Assembly: GCA_001004885.1 (NCBI GenBank) | Contig: LCRX01000003.1 | Coordinates: 1,650 to 65,649, forward strand | Source of the DNA: Candidatus Magasanikbacteria bacterium GW2011_GWA2_56_11 | GTDB taxonomy: Bacteria; Patescibacteriota; Patescibacteriia; Magasanikbacterales; UBA922 | Reading direction: 5' to 3' | DNA length: 64,000 nt | Notes under the pieces: generated by a model | Databases searched by the model: none | Told to the model about the DNA's origin: nothing | Seen by the model: the letters and a program-made list of their open reading frames with translations, nothing else | Translations under genes and position numbers: made by a program | Shown: positions 20,162 through 31,351 of the stretch, in pieces | Layout: each line of letters starts with the position of its first letter | How positions within the stretch are numbered: the first letter of the stretch is position 1

Positions 20162-22435
20162 ATGCCCCGTCGCCGCGAGTCTGCCCTCGATCCCACCCTT
20201 TCGCGTGGTATTATTGTCATTATTCTTGTCATCAGCGCGCTCATTATCGGCTTGAGCTTCTTCCACCGGGCCGGCGCTGTCGGCATCGCGCTTGATGAGT
20301 ATGTCTTGAGTTTCCTCTTTGGCGTCATGCGCTACGCCTCCCCCTTTGTCATCCTGCTCATTGCCTGGTTCCTCGTCAAAGACGTCGAGTACAACTATCG
20401 CCCCACCCACGGCCTGGGGGCGTTTCTCTTCTTTGTCTCGCTTTCCAGCCTTTTCCACCTAAAATTCGACCCTGCTCTCATGTGGAGAGAGGCTCTCTCC
20501 GGACATGGCGGCGGGATTTTCGGCCTGTTCGCCTGGGTTCTAAAAACTTATTTAGGGTCCATAGGCGGCATTATCGTCCTCGTCGGCCTGGCTTTGGTTT
20601 CGGTGATTCTCATGTTCAACACCTCAGTAACCGCGTTTATTCTGTTGCACCGAAAACTTTTCACTGGCCTCGGCGCGGGCGGCGTCGCCCTTGTTAACGG
20701 CGTAAAAAAACTCTTTGTCAAAAACCCGGGGCAGGTACAATTCCGTATCCGGGGAGATTATGCTGTAGCGGCCGAAGAGGAGCAAGATTCGGCCGAGGAA
20801 ACGCCAACGGCCACGGAGCGCGCTTTCCAGAAGAAATCCCTGGCTCCTGAGCGCGCGGAGAATGAAGATGACGACGGAGAAATGGACGAACAAACTGATA
20901 GCGAAGACACCAAACGGCCAAACCGGCCGGATGTATGGGCCAAGAAAGTCGTCATCCGCCAGCTTCCGCCGCTCGATCTCCTGTCGGACAAACGCAGCAA
21001 ACCCACGAGCGGCGACATCGAGGCCAACGCCGAGATCATCAAGGATACGTTCGAACAATTCGGCATCGATGTCGAAATGGGCGAAGTCCGCGTCGGCCCG
21101 ACAGTAACGCAGTACACGCTCAAGCCGGCCAAAGGCGTAAAGCTCTCGCGCATCACCGGTCTGAGCAACGACCTAGCGCTCTCTCTGGCGGCCCACCCGA
21201 TACGAATAGAGGCGCCGATTCCGGGAAAATCGCTGGTCGGCGTCGAGGTGCCCAACCAGCGCACGGCTCTAGTGAGCCTCAAAGAACTCCTCGAAGACAA
21301 AAACTTCAAACTGCGGCCCCACAACCTGATGCTGGCCCTGGGCAAAGACGTAGCCGGCAAAGTCTGGTTCGCGGATCTGCCCAAGATGCCCCACCTGCTG
21401 GTTGCCGGCGCGACCGGATCGGGGAAAACTGTCTGCGTGAACGCGGTGATTATGGGGCTTTTGTACCAAAATACGGCGGAGACGCTGCGTCTGATTATGG
21501 TGGACCCCAAACGAGTCGAGCTAACGCTGTACAACGGCATCCCCCATCTTCTGACGCCTGTCATCACCAACGTGCAAAAAACCGTTAACGCGCTCAAGTG
21601 GACGATTGGCGAAATGGAACGCCGGTTCGAGGTGCTGGCCACGGCCGGCAGCCGCGATATCACCTCGTACAACCAAAAAAATCCGGAAAACAAACTCCCC
21701 CATATTGTATTTATCATCGACGAGCTGGCCGACCTCATGGCTTCGGCCGCCAACGAGGTTGAGGCCGGCATCATCCGCCTGGCGCAAATGGCGCGCGCGG
21801 TCGGCATCCATCTGGTTCTCGCCACCCAGCGCCCCAGCGTGGATGTTATCACCGGCCTCATGAAAGCCAACATCCCGGCGCGGATCGCTTTCTCGGTGGC
21901 CTCGATAATCGATTCGCGCACGATTCTTGACTGTCCCGGCGCCGAAAAACTCCTGGGACGCGGCGACATGCTCTTCTCGTCGGCCGAGCTTTCCAAACCG
22001 GTGCGTATCCAGGGTGCCTATGTGTCCGAAGAAGAACTGAAACGCCTGTCCGAATACCTAAAAGGCGACGAGGAACCGGAATACGACGAATCCATCGTCG
22101 GACAAGCCGGCAACAACGGCACCATGAGCCTGTTTGGCGGCCCGAGCGATGATCAAGACCCGCTCTTTAACGAAACAAAAAATTACGTCATTCAGGCCGG
22201 CAAGGCGAGCGCCTCATTGATGCAGCGCCGTTTTAAGATCGGCTATGCCCGGGCCGCCAGAATTCTCGACGAACTTGAGGCCGCCGGTATTGTCGGCCCG
22301 GCTGACGGGGCCAAGCCTCGCGAAATTCTCGTGACAATCGGTGCTGGCAATGATACAATGGACTCTGGGCAAGAGTTGAACGTGTTCACCGACGCCGACA
22401 GCGAGTCCCAGGAAGAAAAACCCGGCCAGTTATAG
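20162..22435 (+). CDS. ftsK: DNA translocase FtsK/SpoIIIE
   Basis: N-terminal TM segments, PHLLVAGATGSGKT, IIDELADLM, ATQRPSVD, gamma domain IGYARAARI. Confidence 0.97.
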   Translation: MPRRRESALDPTLSRGIIVIILVISALIIGLSFFHRAGAVGIALDEYVLSFLFGVMRYASPFVILLIAWFLVKDVEYNYRPTHGLGAFLFFVSLSSLFHLKFDPALMWREALSGHGGGIFGLFAWVLKTYLGSIGGIIVLVGLALVSVILMFNTSVTAFILLHRKLFTGLGAGGVALVNGVKKLFVKNPGQVQFRIRGDYAVAAEEEQDSAEETPTATERAFQKKSLAPERAENEDDDGEMDEQTDSEDTKRPNRPDVWAKKVVIRQLPPLDLLSDKRSKPTSGDIEANAEIIKDTFEQFGIDVEMGEVRVGPTVTQYTLKPAKGVKLSRITGLSNDLALSLAAHPIRIEAPIPGKSLVGVEVPNQRTALVSLKELLEDKNFKLRPHNLMLALGKDVAGKVWFADLPKMPHLLVAGATGSGKTVCVNAVIMGLLYQNTAETLRLIMVDPKRVELTLYNGIPHLLTPVITNVQKTVNALKWTIGEMERRFEVLATAGSRDITSYNQKNPENKLPHIVFIIDELADLMASAANEVEAGIIRLAQMARAVGIHLVLATQRPSVDVITGLMKANIPARIAFSVASIIDSRTILDCPGAEKLLGRGDMLFSSAELSKPVRIQGAYVSEEELKRLSEYLKGDEEPEYDESIVGQAGNNGTMSLFGGPSDDQDPLFNETKNYVIQAGKASASLMQRRFKIGYARAARILDELEAAGIVGPADGAKPREILVTIGAGNDTMDSGQELNVFTDADSESQEEKPGQL

Positions 22436-22488
22436 ACAAAAGCACGGATCAAAAAAGACTTTGTTAATCCGCTGCCCGTTTCGCGATT

Positions 22489-23196
22489 ATGCCGCCTTTC
22501 ACCAAAAAATCCCTCACCTCTCCTTACCGGGTCTGCTTGCGTCTCAAGCAGGCGCGCGAAGAAAGAGGGGTATCCCTGGAGGCGATTGCGGAAAAGACGA
22601 AAATAAACAAGTGTTACCTGGCGGCGCTAGAAGAGTGCCGTTTCGACGATCTCAAACTGCCCCCGCTCTATCAGAAAAATTTTGTCAAAAAATACGTCTC
22701 CGCCCTGGGGCTGGATCCGGAGCCGTACGTAACCCAGTTTTTTATTGAGGAACTCGACCTGTCCGACCGCAGCGACTGTCACCCCAAAAAAACGCCGCGC
22801 TTGTCCAGCTTGAGCAACCTGCCCCGCCTGCTGCGGGCCGGCGCCGTGGGCCTCATTACGCTCGTCCTCGTTCTTTACCTGGGCCTCCAGGTAAAGAATA
22901 CCCTCGAACCGCCGCGCCTGGCGCTCTCCTCGCCCTTGAACGGATTCATCGCCCACAAAAATTCGATCGCCATCATCGGCGCCACCGATCCGGAAGTAAA
23001 GGTATCAATCAACGGCCAGCAGATAAAAAGCGATGAAACCGGACGCTTCAACGAGTCGGTTACCCTCAACCCCGGCATTAACACGATAGTTGTTTCAGCC
23101 GAAAAAAAACACGGCCAAATAACGGAGGAAACACGCCATATTATATACAAACAGACAGACCGGTTTAGCCTCACGGACAGCCCGGAAGATGGTTGA
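22489..23196 (+). CDS. RodZ-like HTH membrane protein with C-terminal Ig-like domain
   Basis: HTH_25 pattern LKQAREERGVSLE..A.KTKI...YL.ALEE, single TM, beta-rich tail. Confidence 0.8.
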   Translation: MPPFTKKSLTSPYRVCLRLKQAREERGVSLEAIAEKTKINKCYLAALEECRFDDLKLPPLYQKNFVKKYVSALGLDPEPYVTQFFIEELDLSDRSDCHPKKTPRLSSLSNLPRLLRAGAVGLITLVLVLYLGLQVKNTLEPPRLALSSPLNGFIAHKNSIAIIGATDPEVKVSINGQQIKSDETGRFNESVTLNPGINTIVVSAEKKHGQITEETRHIIYKQTDRFSLTDSPEDG

Positions 23197-23221
23197 CGGC
23201 CAGCCCCGGGCAGAGTATTAT
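23193..23221 (+). promoter_or_regulatory. recA promoter
   Basis: TTGACG, 17-bp spacer, TATTAT. Confidence 0.55.
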
Positions 23222-23335
23222 AGAGGTGTAATATACAGAGAGTAACTACTCTCTGTTTTAAATCGCGGAGAAGGCTGCCGAGCCAACCTTGAAACGTCTT
23301 CTCCAGAAAAAGAGCGCCTTAATTTTTCATGAAAT

Positions 23336-24418
23336 ATGGCAAAAATTTCCGAAGAACAAAATCTGAAACTGAAAGCCGCCGCTTCGGCCATTGACCAAAT
23401 AAAAGAAAAATACGGCGAAAACGCGATCATGCGCTTCGGCGAGGCTGAGCGGAGCAACGTGGACTCCATCTCTACCGGTTCGCTCTCCCTGGATATCGCG
23501 CTCGGGGTCAAGGGCGTACCGCGCGGCCGGGTGATCGAAATTTTCGGACCGGAGGCCAGCGGCAAAACCACCCTAGCCCAGCATATTATCGCCGAGGTGC
23601 AGAAAAAAGGCGGCATCGCCGCGTTTGTGGACGCCGAGCACGCCCTAGACCCGGACTACGCGCGCAAAATCGGCGTGGACGTGGATAATCTGCTTATCTC
23701 GCAGCCCGACACGGGCGAACAAGCGCTCGAGATCGTCGAAACGCTGGTGCGCTCGAACGCCGTCGACGTCATTGTCGTGGACTCGGTCGCCGCGCTCGTG
23801 CCCAAAGCCGAAATCGAAGGCGAAATGGGCGAGTCCCACATGGGGCTCCAGGCCCGGCTCATGAGCCAGGCTCTGCGCAAGCTCACCGGCGTCGTGAGCA
23901 AAACCAAAACAGTCGTGATATTCATCAACCAAATCCGCCATAAGATCGGCGTCTTTTTCGGCAACCCCGAAACGACGACCGGCGGTACGGCGCTTAAATT
24001 CTACTCCTCGGTGCGCATCGAGGTGCGCCGGGCCGCTCAGATCAAGCAGGGCGACAAGATTATCGGCAACCGCGTCAAAGCGAAGGTAGTAAAAAATAAA
24101 GTGGCCGCGCCGTTCCGCACCACTGAATTCGACATCATGTACAACGAAGGTATTTCCACCTCGGGCGATACCCTCGACACGGCCGTTCTCCACCGGATAA
24201 TCGCCAAAACCGGCAACAGCTACAGCTTCGGCGAGGAAAAGCTCGGCGTCGGCCGGGAAAAAGCCAAGCAGTACCTGCGTGAAAATCCGGCGCTCTTGAA
24301 GGCTATCTCTGACAAAGTTTGGGAGGCCGTCGAACGCGGCGAGGCGCCGGAAGAGGAGAAAGGACGCCCCGGAGTCGCCGAAGAAATTGGCGACGAGGCG
24401 CCGGCTCCGCTCGAGTAA
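23336..24418 (+). CDS. recA: Recombinase RecA
   Basis: [29 protein letters not shown]. Confidence 0.99.
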   Translation: MAKISEEQNLKLKAAASAIDQIKEKYGENAIMRFGEAERSNVDSISTGSLSLDIALGVKGVPRGRVIEIFGPEASGKTTLAQHIIAEVQKKGGIAAFVDAEHALDPDYARKIGVDVDNLLISQPDTGEQALEIVETLVRSNAVDVIVVDSVAALVPKAEIEGEMGESHMGLQARLMSQALRKLTGVVSKTKTVVIFINQIRHKIGVFFGNPETTTGGTALKFYSSVRIEVRRAAQIKQGDKIIGNRVKAKVVKNKVAAPFRTTEFDIMYNEGISTSGDTLDTAVLHRIIAKTGNSYSFGEEKLGVGREKAKQYLRENPALLKAISDKVWEAVERGEAPEEEKGRPGVAEEIGDEAPAPLE

Positions 24419-24461
24419 TGAAAATCACCGGCTTGAGCCGGTGATTTTGTTCTTCGCTTTG

Positions 24462-26372
24462 TTAAGAAAAAATCTTAGCTACCTCCACGCCGGAATAGTA
24501 GTACTTAATCAAAGCCACCCAATCCAGTCCCTCCTCTTCTGCCCGGATAGCCGCATCCCGCTGGCTCATGCCCACCCCGTGGCCGTAAAGGCGTTTGCCG
24601 TCACGCTTGTCGTAGGTAGCCGGCACGGAAACCAACCAGGGTTTATGGCTGCCGCCCCAGACTTCGGTCCAACTCAAAGTCCGTCCGCCGGTGTTGCCGA
24701 AATAAGGCGTGATGACGATGTCGTTGTCATAAGTTACCATGTAGCCGCGGGTAGCCTTGGCAGACTCGACGAAACGCGGCATAATCCGCTCGCTTTCGTA
24801 ACCTAGGTAGAGCTGATCGCCCGTAGTAGCGACCACATCGAAATTACGCGTGTCGTGTTTTGAACTCTGCTCCTTGATGTAGTAGGCATAGGTCCGCTGG
24901 GCCACTGCCTGAGACTTGAGGTACTCCAAGGGAGAACTATTGGCATTCTCGCCAATGCCGTTTACATAGTCCTCCAAAAGCAGATCGTTGATAACATAAA
25001 GAGTGCTGCCGTCTTTGGTCAGCCGGTACTCGATCGCTCCGCGATAGGCGTTAAAATTGCGGCTGCCTTTCCAGGAAACCTCCCGGCTGTAATTCAAAAG
25101 CGTAAACACGGCCCGGGCGTCCGCGGCCGGTTCGAGGCGAATGTAGCGCCCAGTGGCAAATTCCATCCCGCCGCCTTTGAATGAATACTGCCCGTCCGCG
25201 AAGCTCAAAAAGCCTACTTTATTTTTTTCTAATACGCCGACCAAATCCGTGCCGTCGTACACATTGTAATCATCATCATAGGAGACAAACTGCACCGTAG
25301 CATCGGGTTTGTAGAGTCCGACCCTAATACGCGGCTCCGCGGACAAGCGCGGCGTCTCTGCCGGCGGCTCGACGGCGTCCTCCCCGGGAAAAATCGGATC
25401 GGCATAATGCGTCGGGGCGTCTTCGGTGACTGTTACCGGAATACTGAAAGCCCCGCCTTCCACCGGCGCATCATTTGCCTTTAGTTCAAAACTGGCGGTA
25501 TACGAGCCCCGAACGCGCGGCGCGCGGAATAAAAATGTCTCACGCAAAATACTGCCCGGACCGATATTCCCTTCGCGGGCAAGCACCAAAGACCGACCCT
25601 GCCAGGCAGAGTCGGCAAACGACGGCGAAACCGAGGCCAAGGCAGTGGCTCCGCCCGGGACCAGAGTGTATTTTGGCCAGGCCGCCGTGCCGGTGTTTTG
25701 AAAACCGACTACTATCTTGACCTGTTCCCCGCCGACTGCCGTTACTGCTTTGCGACTCAGGATAAAACGGCTGGCGCGGTAGGCTGTCTGCGGACTCGAA
25801 ACACTGTCAGCCGGAACATTGGCCGGCAAATCCGACGGCAGCGGTGGCGCCGGTTTTGCGGTTGCCGCGGTTACTTTAATCTGTAAATAGAAATAACCGC
25901 CCTTAACCCAAGTATGGTTCTCGGCGGCCAGATAAAATCGCTCGGTGTAATCGCCCGGCTTGGACGGCGCGACCAAATCAATAATTAATTCTCCGGTCTG
26001 GCCAGGATTGGTAATGCCGGCTAACTTTCCGGTCTGCCCGGCAGAGAGCCAGGATCTCCCCCTAAACTCGGACGCGCGGTAGCGTGGCTCCATGGTATAG
26101 GCGGAAATAAAGCGGCTGCCCGAGGAGTTCCAAACGGTCGTACCGGTATTTTTAAACTTAATGGCCACGCTTTTCGTCTCGCCGGCGGCCAGGACAATCG
26201 GATCGGGCACAGACTGAGACACGTACTTGGCCGCGTAGCCAGTGTCTTTGACCGCAACCTCCGGCTCGGCGGCCATGGCTGGCAGACTCAGCAGGATCAG
26301 GACTAGGCTAACCAAAGTCAAATAAATCCACCGCAGTGGACTTAAGGGGCTTTTTTTGCTAAGATAACGCAT
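24462..26372 (-). CDS. Secreted SpoIID/LytB-domain protein with two Ig-like (NBR1-like) domains
   Basis: Signal/TM N-terminus; repeated FKNTG..W; LKSQAVAQRTY, DQLYLG, GHGVGMSQ..A, I.YYY.G. Confidence 0.88.
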   Translation of the reverse strand: MRYLSKKSPLSPLRWIYLTLVSLVLILLSLPAMAAEPEVAVKDTGYAAKYVSQSVPDPIVLAAGETKSVAIKFKNTGTTVWNSSGSRFISAYTMEPRYRASEFRGRSWLSAGQTGKLAGITNPGQTGELIIDLVAPSKPGDYTERFYLAAENHTWVKGGYFYLQIKVTAATAKPAPPLPSDLPANVPADSVSSPQTAYRASRFILSRKAVTAVGGEQVKIVVGFQNTGTAAWPKYTLVPGGATALASVSPSFADSAWQGRSLVLAREGNIGPGSILRETFLFRAPRVRGSYTASFELKANDAPVEGGAFSIPVTVTEDAPTHYADPIFPGEDAVEPPAETPRLSAEPRIRVGLYKPDATVQFVSYDDDYNVYDGTDLVGVLEKNKVGFLSFADGQYSFKGGGMEFATGRYIRLEPAADARAVFTLLNYSREVSWKGSRNFNAYRGAIEYRLTKDGSTLYVINDLLLEDYVNGIGENANSSPLEYLKSQAVAQRTYAYYIKEQSSKHDTRNFDVVATTGDQLYLGYESERIMPRFVESAKATRGYMVTYDNDIVITPYFGNTGGRTLSWTEVWGGSHKPWLVSVPATYDKRDGKRLYGHGVGMSQRDAAIRAEEEGLDWVALIKYYYSGVEVAKIFS

Positions 26373-26458
26373 AACAAGCGTATCATCAATACCTTTGTAG
26401 TATAGCAAAATTTGGGCCGCTCGGCAATTGTTTTTTATTGATGAGGTAGCGTAAACCT

Positions 26459-27886
26459 ATGTCTCTCAGCCGCCAAATCGCCTGGAATACACTCGTCCAA
26501 ATCATTGGCAAGATAGCCTCCACTGGCCTCGGGCTCGTGGCTCTGGGCATGATGACCCGCTATTTAGGCACCGAACAGTTCGGCTGGTATACGACCGTAA
26601 TCAGTTTTTTGGGATTTGCCGGCATTGTGATTGATTTGGGTTTAATCCCGGTCAGCGCGCAGATGTTTGGCGAGGCCAAATACGGCCAAACAACACTGCT
26701 CCAGAACCTCATTGCTTTTCGCCTTGTCACCGCCGTCATCTTCTTTGGACTCGCCCCTGGGCTGGCCTGGTTTATGCCGTATCCGGAAGAAGTTAAAATC
26801 GCTATCAGTTTTACCACTATTTCTTTTCTGGCAATAGCGGTAAACCAGGTCCTGACCGGTTTCTACCAAAACGAACTGAAAATGCACCTGCCGGTGATCG
26901 GCGAGAATATCGGCCGGGTGGTGCTCGTGGCCGGACTGTGGCTGCTCATGCGCGAAGGCGCCTCGTTTTTGCCCCTCATGGCCGTCATTTCACTCTCCAG
27001 CGTCGCCTACACCGCTTTCCTGTGGATCGCGGCAGCCAGAATCCGGCCGGCCAGCCTGGCCTACGATCCTGTAATCTGGAAAGACATTCTTAAAAAAAGC
27101 TGGCCCATAGCCGTTTCCATTATATTCAATGTCATCTATCTCAAGGGCGACATTCTGCTTTTGAGCCTTTACCGGCCGCAAGCCGAGGTTGGGGTCTATG
27201 GCGCCGCCTACCGCGTGCTCGACATTCTTTCCCAGACCGCGATGATGATCATGGGCGTGATGCTGCCACTTTTGGCCGCGGCCTGGACGCAGGGCAAAAA
27301 AGAAGATTTTCGCGCCCGCTATCAAACCTCGTTCAACGTGATGATGCTCTTGGCCGTGCCGGCGCTGGTCGGGATCATGGTGCTCTCCGTCCCGATCATG
27401 CGCCTGGTTGCCGGCGCCGAGTTCGAATACGCGCTTTCCGGCCGCGTACTCGCCATCCTGGCCCTGGCTGTTTTTGGGCTTTACCTTGGCGCCGTGTTCG
27501 GGCATGCCGCCGTGGCTATAAACAAACAGAAGGCGACTATGTGGATATATATTTCCGATGCCCTGATTACGCTTTGCGGTTATCTTATCGTCATCCCGCG
27601 CTACGGCCTGTGGGGCGCCGCCTGGATGACAGTCTTCTCCGAAGTCTACGCCGGCCTCCTATTGGCGTACGTGGTCGGCCGCCATGTAAAACACAAACTG
27701 CGCCTCATAACTTTGGGCAAGATTATCCTGGGGAGCGGCCTCATGGGCCTATGCCTTTTGGCGGTCCGCGACTGGCCGGTGCTCGGAGCCGTGGCTCTGG
27801 GTATCGCCATCTATACCGGCGCGATCTACCTGCTCAGAGCCGTGCCTCGTGAAACCCTGCGCGAGGTATTTTCGCGCGCCCCTTAA
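26459..27886 (+). CDS. Wzx-like polysaccharide flippase
   Basis: IAWNT..QIIGK, RYLG.EQFG.Y, VGVYGAAYR; about 14 TM segments. Confidence 0.9.
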   Translation: MSLSRQIAWNTLVQIIGKIASTGLGLVALGMMTRYLGTEQFGWYTTVISFLGFAGIVIDLGLIPVSAQMFGEAKYGQTTLLQNLIAFRLVTAVIFFGLAPGLAWFMPYPEEVKIAISFTTISFLAIAVNQVLTGFYQNELKMHLPVIGENIGRVVLVAGLWLLMREGASFLPLMAVISLSSVAYTAFLWIAAARIRPASLAYDPVIWKDILKKSWPIAVSIIFNVIYLKGDILLLSLYRPQAEVGVYGAAYRVLDILSQTAMMIMGVMLPLLAAAWTQGKKEDFRARYQTSFNVMMLLAVPALVGIMVLSVPIMRLVAGAEFEYALSGRVLAILALAVFGLYLGAVFGHAAVAINKQKATMWIYISDALITLCGYLIVIPRYGLWGAAWMTVFSEVYAGLLLAYVVGRHVKHKLRLITLGKIILGSGLMGLCLLAVRDWPVLGAVALGIAIYTGAIYLLRAVPRETLREVFSRAP

Positions 27887-28152
27887 AACTACCGCGACTG
27901 GCTTTTGATCTGATATTGTATGCGGGCAGACGCGAGTTCCTGGCCCAGATAGCCGGGTTTGCCCGCGAGGAGATTGATTTTGAGTAACTGCTCCGGCCTT
28001 CGAACTTGGGATTATAAATGAGCCGGCTATTAGCTGGCTCATTTATAATCCCAACGGCTGGATCTTGCCAGCCGGAGGGCAAACTACGCCCCAGATTGAA
28101 ATCCGGTGCCGCCAAACCGTATACTGGATATATACCTTCATTACTTGTCATT

Positions 28153-28707
28153 ATGGCCAAAGGACTCCGACACAAACTCGGCCAGCATTGGCCGACCAAA
28201 CCGCTCGACCGGAACAAAACCGCCCGCAAACCGGTGCGGGAAAAATTGGACATGGAAAAATGCCAACAGGAAAAGGACAAACTCAGGACCCTGTACGACA
28301 TCGGGGAAAACGAACTCAAACGTTACGTAAAAAAAGCCATCCTCTCGCCCGAAGATGACGCCGAACATTTGCTGCGCAAACTGGAGCTGCGCCTCGACAC
28401 CGTCGTCTACCGCCTGGGCTTCGCCGCCACCCACGCCGGCGCCTGCGAACTCATCAAAAGCGGACACGTATCGGTAAACAACGTTATTTTGGACACCCCG
28501 TCATTCCCGGTGGCGCATCACGACCAGGTGGCGTGCAAACAAACGTCGCTCCAGCAAGCGCTCGTCAAGGCCGGAGCGCCGCCCTTGCCGCCCTGGCTCA
28601 CGCGCGAGGGACTGGCCGGCTCGGTGCGGCATCTGCCGTCGCTGCACGAGCTGCGGCGGCGTGATGTAGATATTAACTGCGTACTGGAATACTACGCCGT
28701 CATTTGA
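28153..28707 (+). CDS. rpsD: Divergent ribosomal protein S4 paralogue
   Basis: QEKDKLRTLYDIGENE, LELRLDTVVYRLGFA, GHVSVN..LDTPSF, VLEYY. Confidence 0.75.
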   Translation: MAKGLRHKLGQHWPTKPLDRNKTARKPVREKLDMEKCQQEKDKLRTLYDIGENELKRYVKKAILSPEDDAEHLLRKLELRLDTVVYRLGFAATHAGACELIKSGHVSVNNVILDTPSFPVAHHDQVACKQTSLQQALVKAGAPPLPPWLTREGLAGSVRHLPSLHELRRRDVDINCVLEYYAVI

Positions 28708-29131
28708 GCGCCGCCGCCAAAGCCTGCTCTATCGAGAGCATCTCCGGCGAAGCGGGCGCGAGAATGTAACTCTTTTCCGAACCATTTTTTTCGAGCTCGA
28801 TAAGACCAGAAGTCAGCCTCCTGTTATCTATATGCGCCGCGGTATTTTGGACGCCGCTCTCGAGACGCGACACAATATCCGCGTACTCAGTCTCAGCGAT
28901 GGCCTTCCGGACCGGCTCCCCGCCGCTGTAAACGCCGCTCGAACTCTGGGACGATTTCACCGGCACATATTCCAACTGTTTCTGTTTTCCGCCGGTAATA
29001 ACATAAGTGTTGCCGCTGCCGTCGGAGTAGCGGTAGACGGGAGCGGAGGCGCGGAGACAGCCGGAAAGAAAGACGAGACTTAGACCGATAAAAAATAAAG
29101 TGGACAAACTCCTCAAGGTCGAACTGGCCAT
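28700..29131 (-). CDS. Hypothetical lipoprotein
   Basis: Lipobox FLSGC after a hydrophobic stretch. Confidence 0.7.
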   Translation of the reverse strand: MASSTLRSLSTLFFIGLSLVFLSGCLRASAPVYRYSDGSGNTYVITGGKQKQLEYVPVKSSQSSSGVYSGGEPVRKAIAETEYADIVSRLESGVQNTAAHIDNRRLTSGLIELEKNGSEKSYILAPASPEMLSIEQALAAALK

Positions 29132-29162
29132 ATTTTCTAGAATAGATTATCTAATGCCGCCT

Positions 29163-29729
29163 CTACTCGGTCTGCAAATACCGGCGGTTTTTGTACAACC
29201 TAAAGCTGTAGGCCGTCCCAAGCAAAGAAACAATAAACATAGCCGCAAACACCGCCCGAAAATCGTAAATGTTGGCCAGATAGCCGCCGGCCAGAGCGGC
29301 CGCGGCAGTTACGATGTAGCTCATGGCCTCCCAAGCGCCCCAGTTCGAGGCCTCGTGTTTGGCTTTCACATAGTGGGAGTAGACGGCGTCAAAGGCCGGA
29401 TCGAGCAGCGCGACCGACAGGCCGAGCACGGCCTGGGTGGCCATGAGAGTGGCCTGATTAAATACAAATATGTACATGAGGCAGCCCAGACTGGTGATGG
29501 CGTAACCGATGACCACGAACTTCTCCTTATGTTTGGAACGGTCTTCCCAGCGGCTCAAGAGATACATAACGGCGCCGGCGGTGATCATGTAGACAAAGTA
29601 GGCCCAACTCGCGTCTAATATGTCGCCGCCGATTTCTTCGACGAAGATAGCGTAAATAGGACCGATCATGCCCAGGGAGAAGTCAATCAAAGCGTCGGCG
29701 AGAAGAAGAACTTTGAGGCCGTTTTTCAT
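29163..29729 (-). CDS. Half-size (6-TM) MFS-like protein
   Basis: GPIYAIFVEEIGG, helix pattern of one MFS half. Confidence 0.75.
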   Translation of the reverse strand: MKNGLKVLLLADALIDFSLGMIGPIYAIFVEEIGGDILDASWAYFVYMITAGAVMYLLSRWEDRSKHKEKFVVIGYAITSLGCLMYIFVFNQATLMATQAVLGLSVALLDPAFDAVYSHYVKAKHEASNWGAWEAMSYIVTAAAALAGGYLANIYDFRAVFAAMFIVSLLGTAYSFRLYKNRRYLQTE

Positions 29730-29795
29730 AGCGGCGGCGCGGTTCTAGATAAATATCCTACAGTATACTACAATAAAGCCGGTTAGCGGTACTCT

Positions 29796-31136
29796 ATGTT
29801 AGAGACAATACTTATTACTTTCTTCGTCTTCGCTTACGCCGCCCTCGCCTGGCGCCGCTTTAATATCGCCCTTAGCCTGCTGTTCCTGCTGCTGCCCGCC
29901 TATCTTATCCGCTTTGAGATCGGCCCGCTGCCGACAACGCTTCTTGAGGCCATGATCTGGGTTATTATTCTGGTCTGGCTGGTTAAAAATTGGCGGCAGC
30001 TACCCCATAGCATCTTCGCCTGGCTCCTTTCCCGGCAAAACCGCTCCCTGGTCATAGCCGTCGCGCTTTTCCTTCTGGGGGCCACGCTGGCCGTTTTCAC
30101 ATCTGCGCACACCCGCGCCGCGCTTGGCGAGTGGAAGGCTTTCTACATCGAGCCGGTACTCCTGTTTTTGGTCCTCACGACAGTGTTTATCAAAAAGGGC
30201 TCCTCAGGAGATTCTCAGGAACGGCTGGCCAGCAACCCTCCCGATCTTATTCTTTTGTCACTGATTGCCGGCGCCCTCGCCACGAGCGCGCTCGCCATTT
30301 ACCAGCACTACACCGGCTGGCTCGTGCCGCATGCTTTTTGGGCCAACCGGAATACCTACCGCGTGACTGCCTGGTACGGTTTTCCGAACGCGGTGGGACT
30401 ATTTCTGGCGCCCGTCATGCCGCTCTCCGCGTACCTGGTACGACAGAGCTGGACGCGGCTAAAAAAAGAATCCGCCGGCGCGCGGTTCAAACACTGGGCA
30501 GCCCTCGCAACCTCCCTCATTTTTATTCCGGCCTCTCTACTGGCTATTTTGTTTGCCAGATCCACGGGCGGACTCGTAGGTATCACGGCCGGAGCCGGCG
30601 TGCTGCTCCTTATCTGCCGAAAAACCCGCTACTGGGCGGCGGCGCTCGGCGTTATCGGGCTTATAGGTATTATCCTTACTCCGGGCATTAACCCGATTAA
30701 ACAGGAGCTCCTTATGCAGGACCGCTCCGGAAAACTTCGTCTGGATATGTGGGCCGAAACGTCGTCATTCCTGATGGAGCGGCCGCTCGCCGGCGCCGGC
30801 CTGGCTTCCTATTCGACCCTCATTTACCCTTATCGGATAGACAAATGGATAGAAGTATTCCACCATCCGCATAATATATTCCTCACGATGTGGGTGAATA
30901 TCGGCCTTATCGGACTCGCCGGATTCGTATGGATTGTAGTCTGGTTTTACCGGGTAGGGTTTGGGGGTCTAAAGGCCGGAAAAACCAACCTGCTGCCGTT
31001 TGTTATCAGCGCCATGACAGTTTGGCTCACAACCGGCCTGGTAGATTCTCCGTATATCAAAAACGACCTGTCCGTGTTATTTTGGCTCCTGCCGGCGCTC
31101 CTGGTATACGCCGGGCAAAAAAACTCCGGGGGGTAA
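29796..31136 (+). CDS. O-antigen ligase family protein
   Basis: Multi-TM; S.GG, RLDMW, P.AGAG, HPHNIFL motifs. Confidence 0.88.
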   Translation: MLETILITFFVFAYAALAWRRFNIALSLLFLLLPAYLIRFEIGPLPTTLLEAMIWVIILVWLVKNWRQLPHSIFAWLLSRQNRSLVIAVALFLLGATLAVFTSAHTRAALGEWKAFYIEPVLLFLVLTTVFIKKGSSGDSQERLASNPPDLILLSLIAGALATSALAIYQHYTGWLVPHAFWANRNTYRVTAWYGFPNAVGLFLAPVMPLSAYLVRQSWTRLKKESAGARFKHWAALATSLIFIPASLLAILFARSTGGLVGITAGAGVLLLICRKTRYWAAALGVIGLIGIILTPGINPIKQELLMQDRSGKLRLDMWAETSSFLMERPLAGAGLASYSTLIYPYRIDKWIEVFHHPHNIFLTMWVNIGLIGLAGFVWIVVWFYRVGFGGLKAGKTNLLPFVISAMTVWLTTGLVDSPYIKNDLSVLFWLLPALLVYAGQKNSGG

Positions 31137-31351
31137 ACCATCCACATCCGGCAGGCGCGCCAACCGCTTCTCCGTTCTCGCTGACTCTGTCTCGGATCAT
31201 CTGTCTCTGGAGATGGACTTCAGAGCCCGGAAATAATTTTCCCGGCCGCCAACCTCGGCCGTAAGCCGGTCAGACGAGTTTGTACCGCTACCCCGCGATA
31301 CTTTTTTTTTAATTTTGCCTGTGCTACTCTACTTTCACTAACAGATCTGCC

